From positions 15,128,001 to 15,192,000 of the forward strand of contig NC_043015.1 of the NCBI RefSeq assembly GCF_006345805.1: a stretch of 64,000 bases of DNA. Direction: 5' to 3'. Each line of letters opens with the position of its first letter. The stretch's first letter is position 1. The position numbers were made by a program, and so were the translations under genes. Positions 62,460-64,000 of this stretch are shown piece after piece. The notes under the pieces were generated by a model. That model was not told the origin of the DNA and made no database searches. It was given only the letters and a program-made list of their open reading frames with translations. This stretch comes from Octopus sinensis. Its lineage: Eukaryota.

Positions 62460-63711
62460 AACTTGTGACACACCGGCGCGTACGTGTGTGTAGGGTGTGG
62501 GTGTTTGACCCCCACCACTGCTTGACAACCGATTTTTGAGTGTTTACATCCTCGTTATTTAGCGGTGCAGCAAAAGAGACCGATAAAATAAGTACCCAGC
62601 TTAAAAAGAAAATAGGTGCTGGGGTCGATTAGTTCGACTACAATTCCTCAAGGTGGTGCCCCAGCAATGCCGCAATCTAATGACCAAAACAAGTAAAAGA
62701 ATAAAAGAAAGAAGTTAAATTTCTGTCTAACCGCCGAATTCCCGAAGAGTGAACAACCGATTGTGGAAGGTAAAAGATCACTCAAGGGAAGAGTATATTG
62801 TGAGAAACTTTCATGCTTTTGTAACTTGTCACCGATATTATATCTAGTTTCTAAGGTGAGCCACTGCAACTCTCTTGACTGATTATGGTAGTTTATTAGA
62901 AGGCTCCCCCACTTTCATATACGCCAACTTCCTAAAATGGCTCATAAATCTACTCTAGGCCATTGTTTAACTGTTCAATCCTTGACTATCGTATTACAAA
63001 GATAAGAAAACAATTTACGTTTGCATATTAAACATGATACAGAAAACTTTATCCGTTCAGAGTGTCATGTACGTATATGATCATTGAGTTGACCTGCTGA
63101 GCGAATGACTCAACTACAAATAACTATGAGAAGAAAGAACAAGTTTCCAAAACATATAAAGTTATCTCTCAGTAATTGAGATTGTTTTCTTCTGTGCGAG
63201 TAACCGACTATACAAAACACTGCATATCTAAATAATACTAAAATTGAAATTCTTGTTTGTTTGATGTTAGATACGCATTATGGTGATAAAATGTTTCAAC
63301 TCATAAGCATAAAATCATGTACCTGAAAAAAATTGAAAAGAATTTGACTCTTAGAAGCCTAAAAATAAAAGAATTTTGTTTATTATCATAGCAACATTCA
63401 GCAAAAAATTGTCGCCATCCCTGACAACTAAGAAAGCTAAAAGAACGTGCGGAATCTCACAGATACTAACACAGGCATACTTATATGCAACTTGTAGACA
63501 AAGAGAAAATGCACATTGGATATAAAGATAAAGGCTTTTTTTTATATACAAAGTAACGATAAATAGATGATAATTCGATGAACTGAGGTAGAATTAAAAG
63601 GTATAGAAGTCATTATTTTGAATTGTTAAAGAGATTCAAAGTCATACCGGTACCATCAAACACTGTTCATCTAATTGTATATATCTATTGTTACTTTTCA
63701 TAAAAGTGGTC

Positions 63712-64000
63712 TCAGAAATTGTCTGACAGCCATGCCTGGGTTCTCCTGTTTGTGTGGCATGGCGCAGAGTCCTGTTGCCAGGCATAGGGTCTTCCAGCAA
63801 CCACCCTCTCGATCCAGGGCAGCACTACCTCCTCCAGGCACTTGATGTAGGCCTCCGTGTTGAGTTTGAGGCTATGTGGGAAAATGATTGGAAGCATAAC
63901 GTTACCATCTCCAGTGATAACCCCAAGCACCATGATGTTGAGTGAATGTTTGATTTTTATCACTTTCGGTACATGTTTTGAGGGCACGGCAAGCCAGCGG
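63712..64000 (-). pseudogene. Tc1/mariner-superfamily transposase fragment (cut by window end)
   Basis: IMVLGVIT.DGNVMLPIIFP..LKLNTEAYIKCLEEVVLPWI..WQQDSAPCHT..TQAWLSDNF*; premature stop before the final catalytic residue. Confidence 0.85.

Overview
This is AT-rich, microsatellite- and transposon-dense animal genomic DNA. The SINE, RTE and R4 repeat landscape looks like an octopus (inference). There are two convergent protein-coding genes. (1) On the + strand is a class II CPD photolyase (phr): exons 2-9 assemble in frame with GT-AG introns from 8708/8775 to 24001. It has TWO complete, same-phase, homologous terminal exons, 25588-25745 and 35109-35251. They are 28/44 aa identical with heavily diverged synonymous sites and should give two isoforms with different DNA-binding C-termini (HDRAWGER vs HDMGWAER). 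A candidate upstream exon (6740-6780) would add a basic, acid-free, mitochondrial-presequence-like N-terminus. (2) On the - strand is a 4-finger C2H2 zinc-finger gene, with its main coding exon at 43019-44141. The rest is repeats: a young but disabled RTE LINE between the two photolyase terminal exons, R4/Dong, CR1, Tx1/L1 and Penelope fragments, and piggyBac, Merlin-like, hAT, Tc2/pogo, mariner and Helitron-like DNA elements. There are also at least three tRNA-derived SINE families, several long hairpins, a canonical-core type I hammerhead ribozyme (1878-1960) and a ~250-bp strictly alternating purine-pyrimidine tract. All assignments were made by hand from the sequence. No database search was run, and repeat boundaries are approximate unless defined by TIRs or TSDs.
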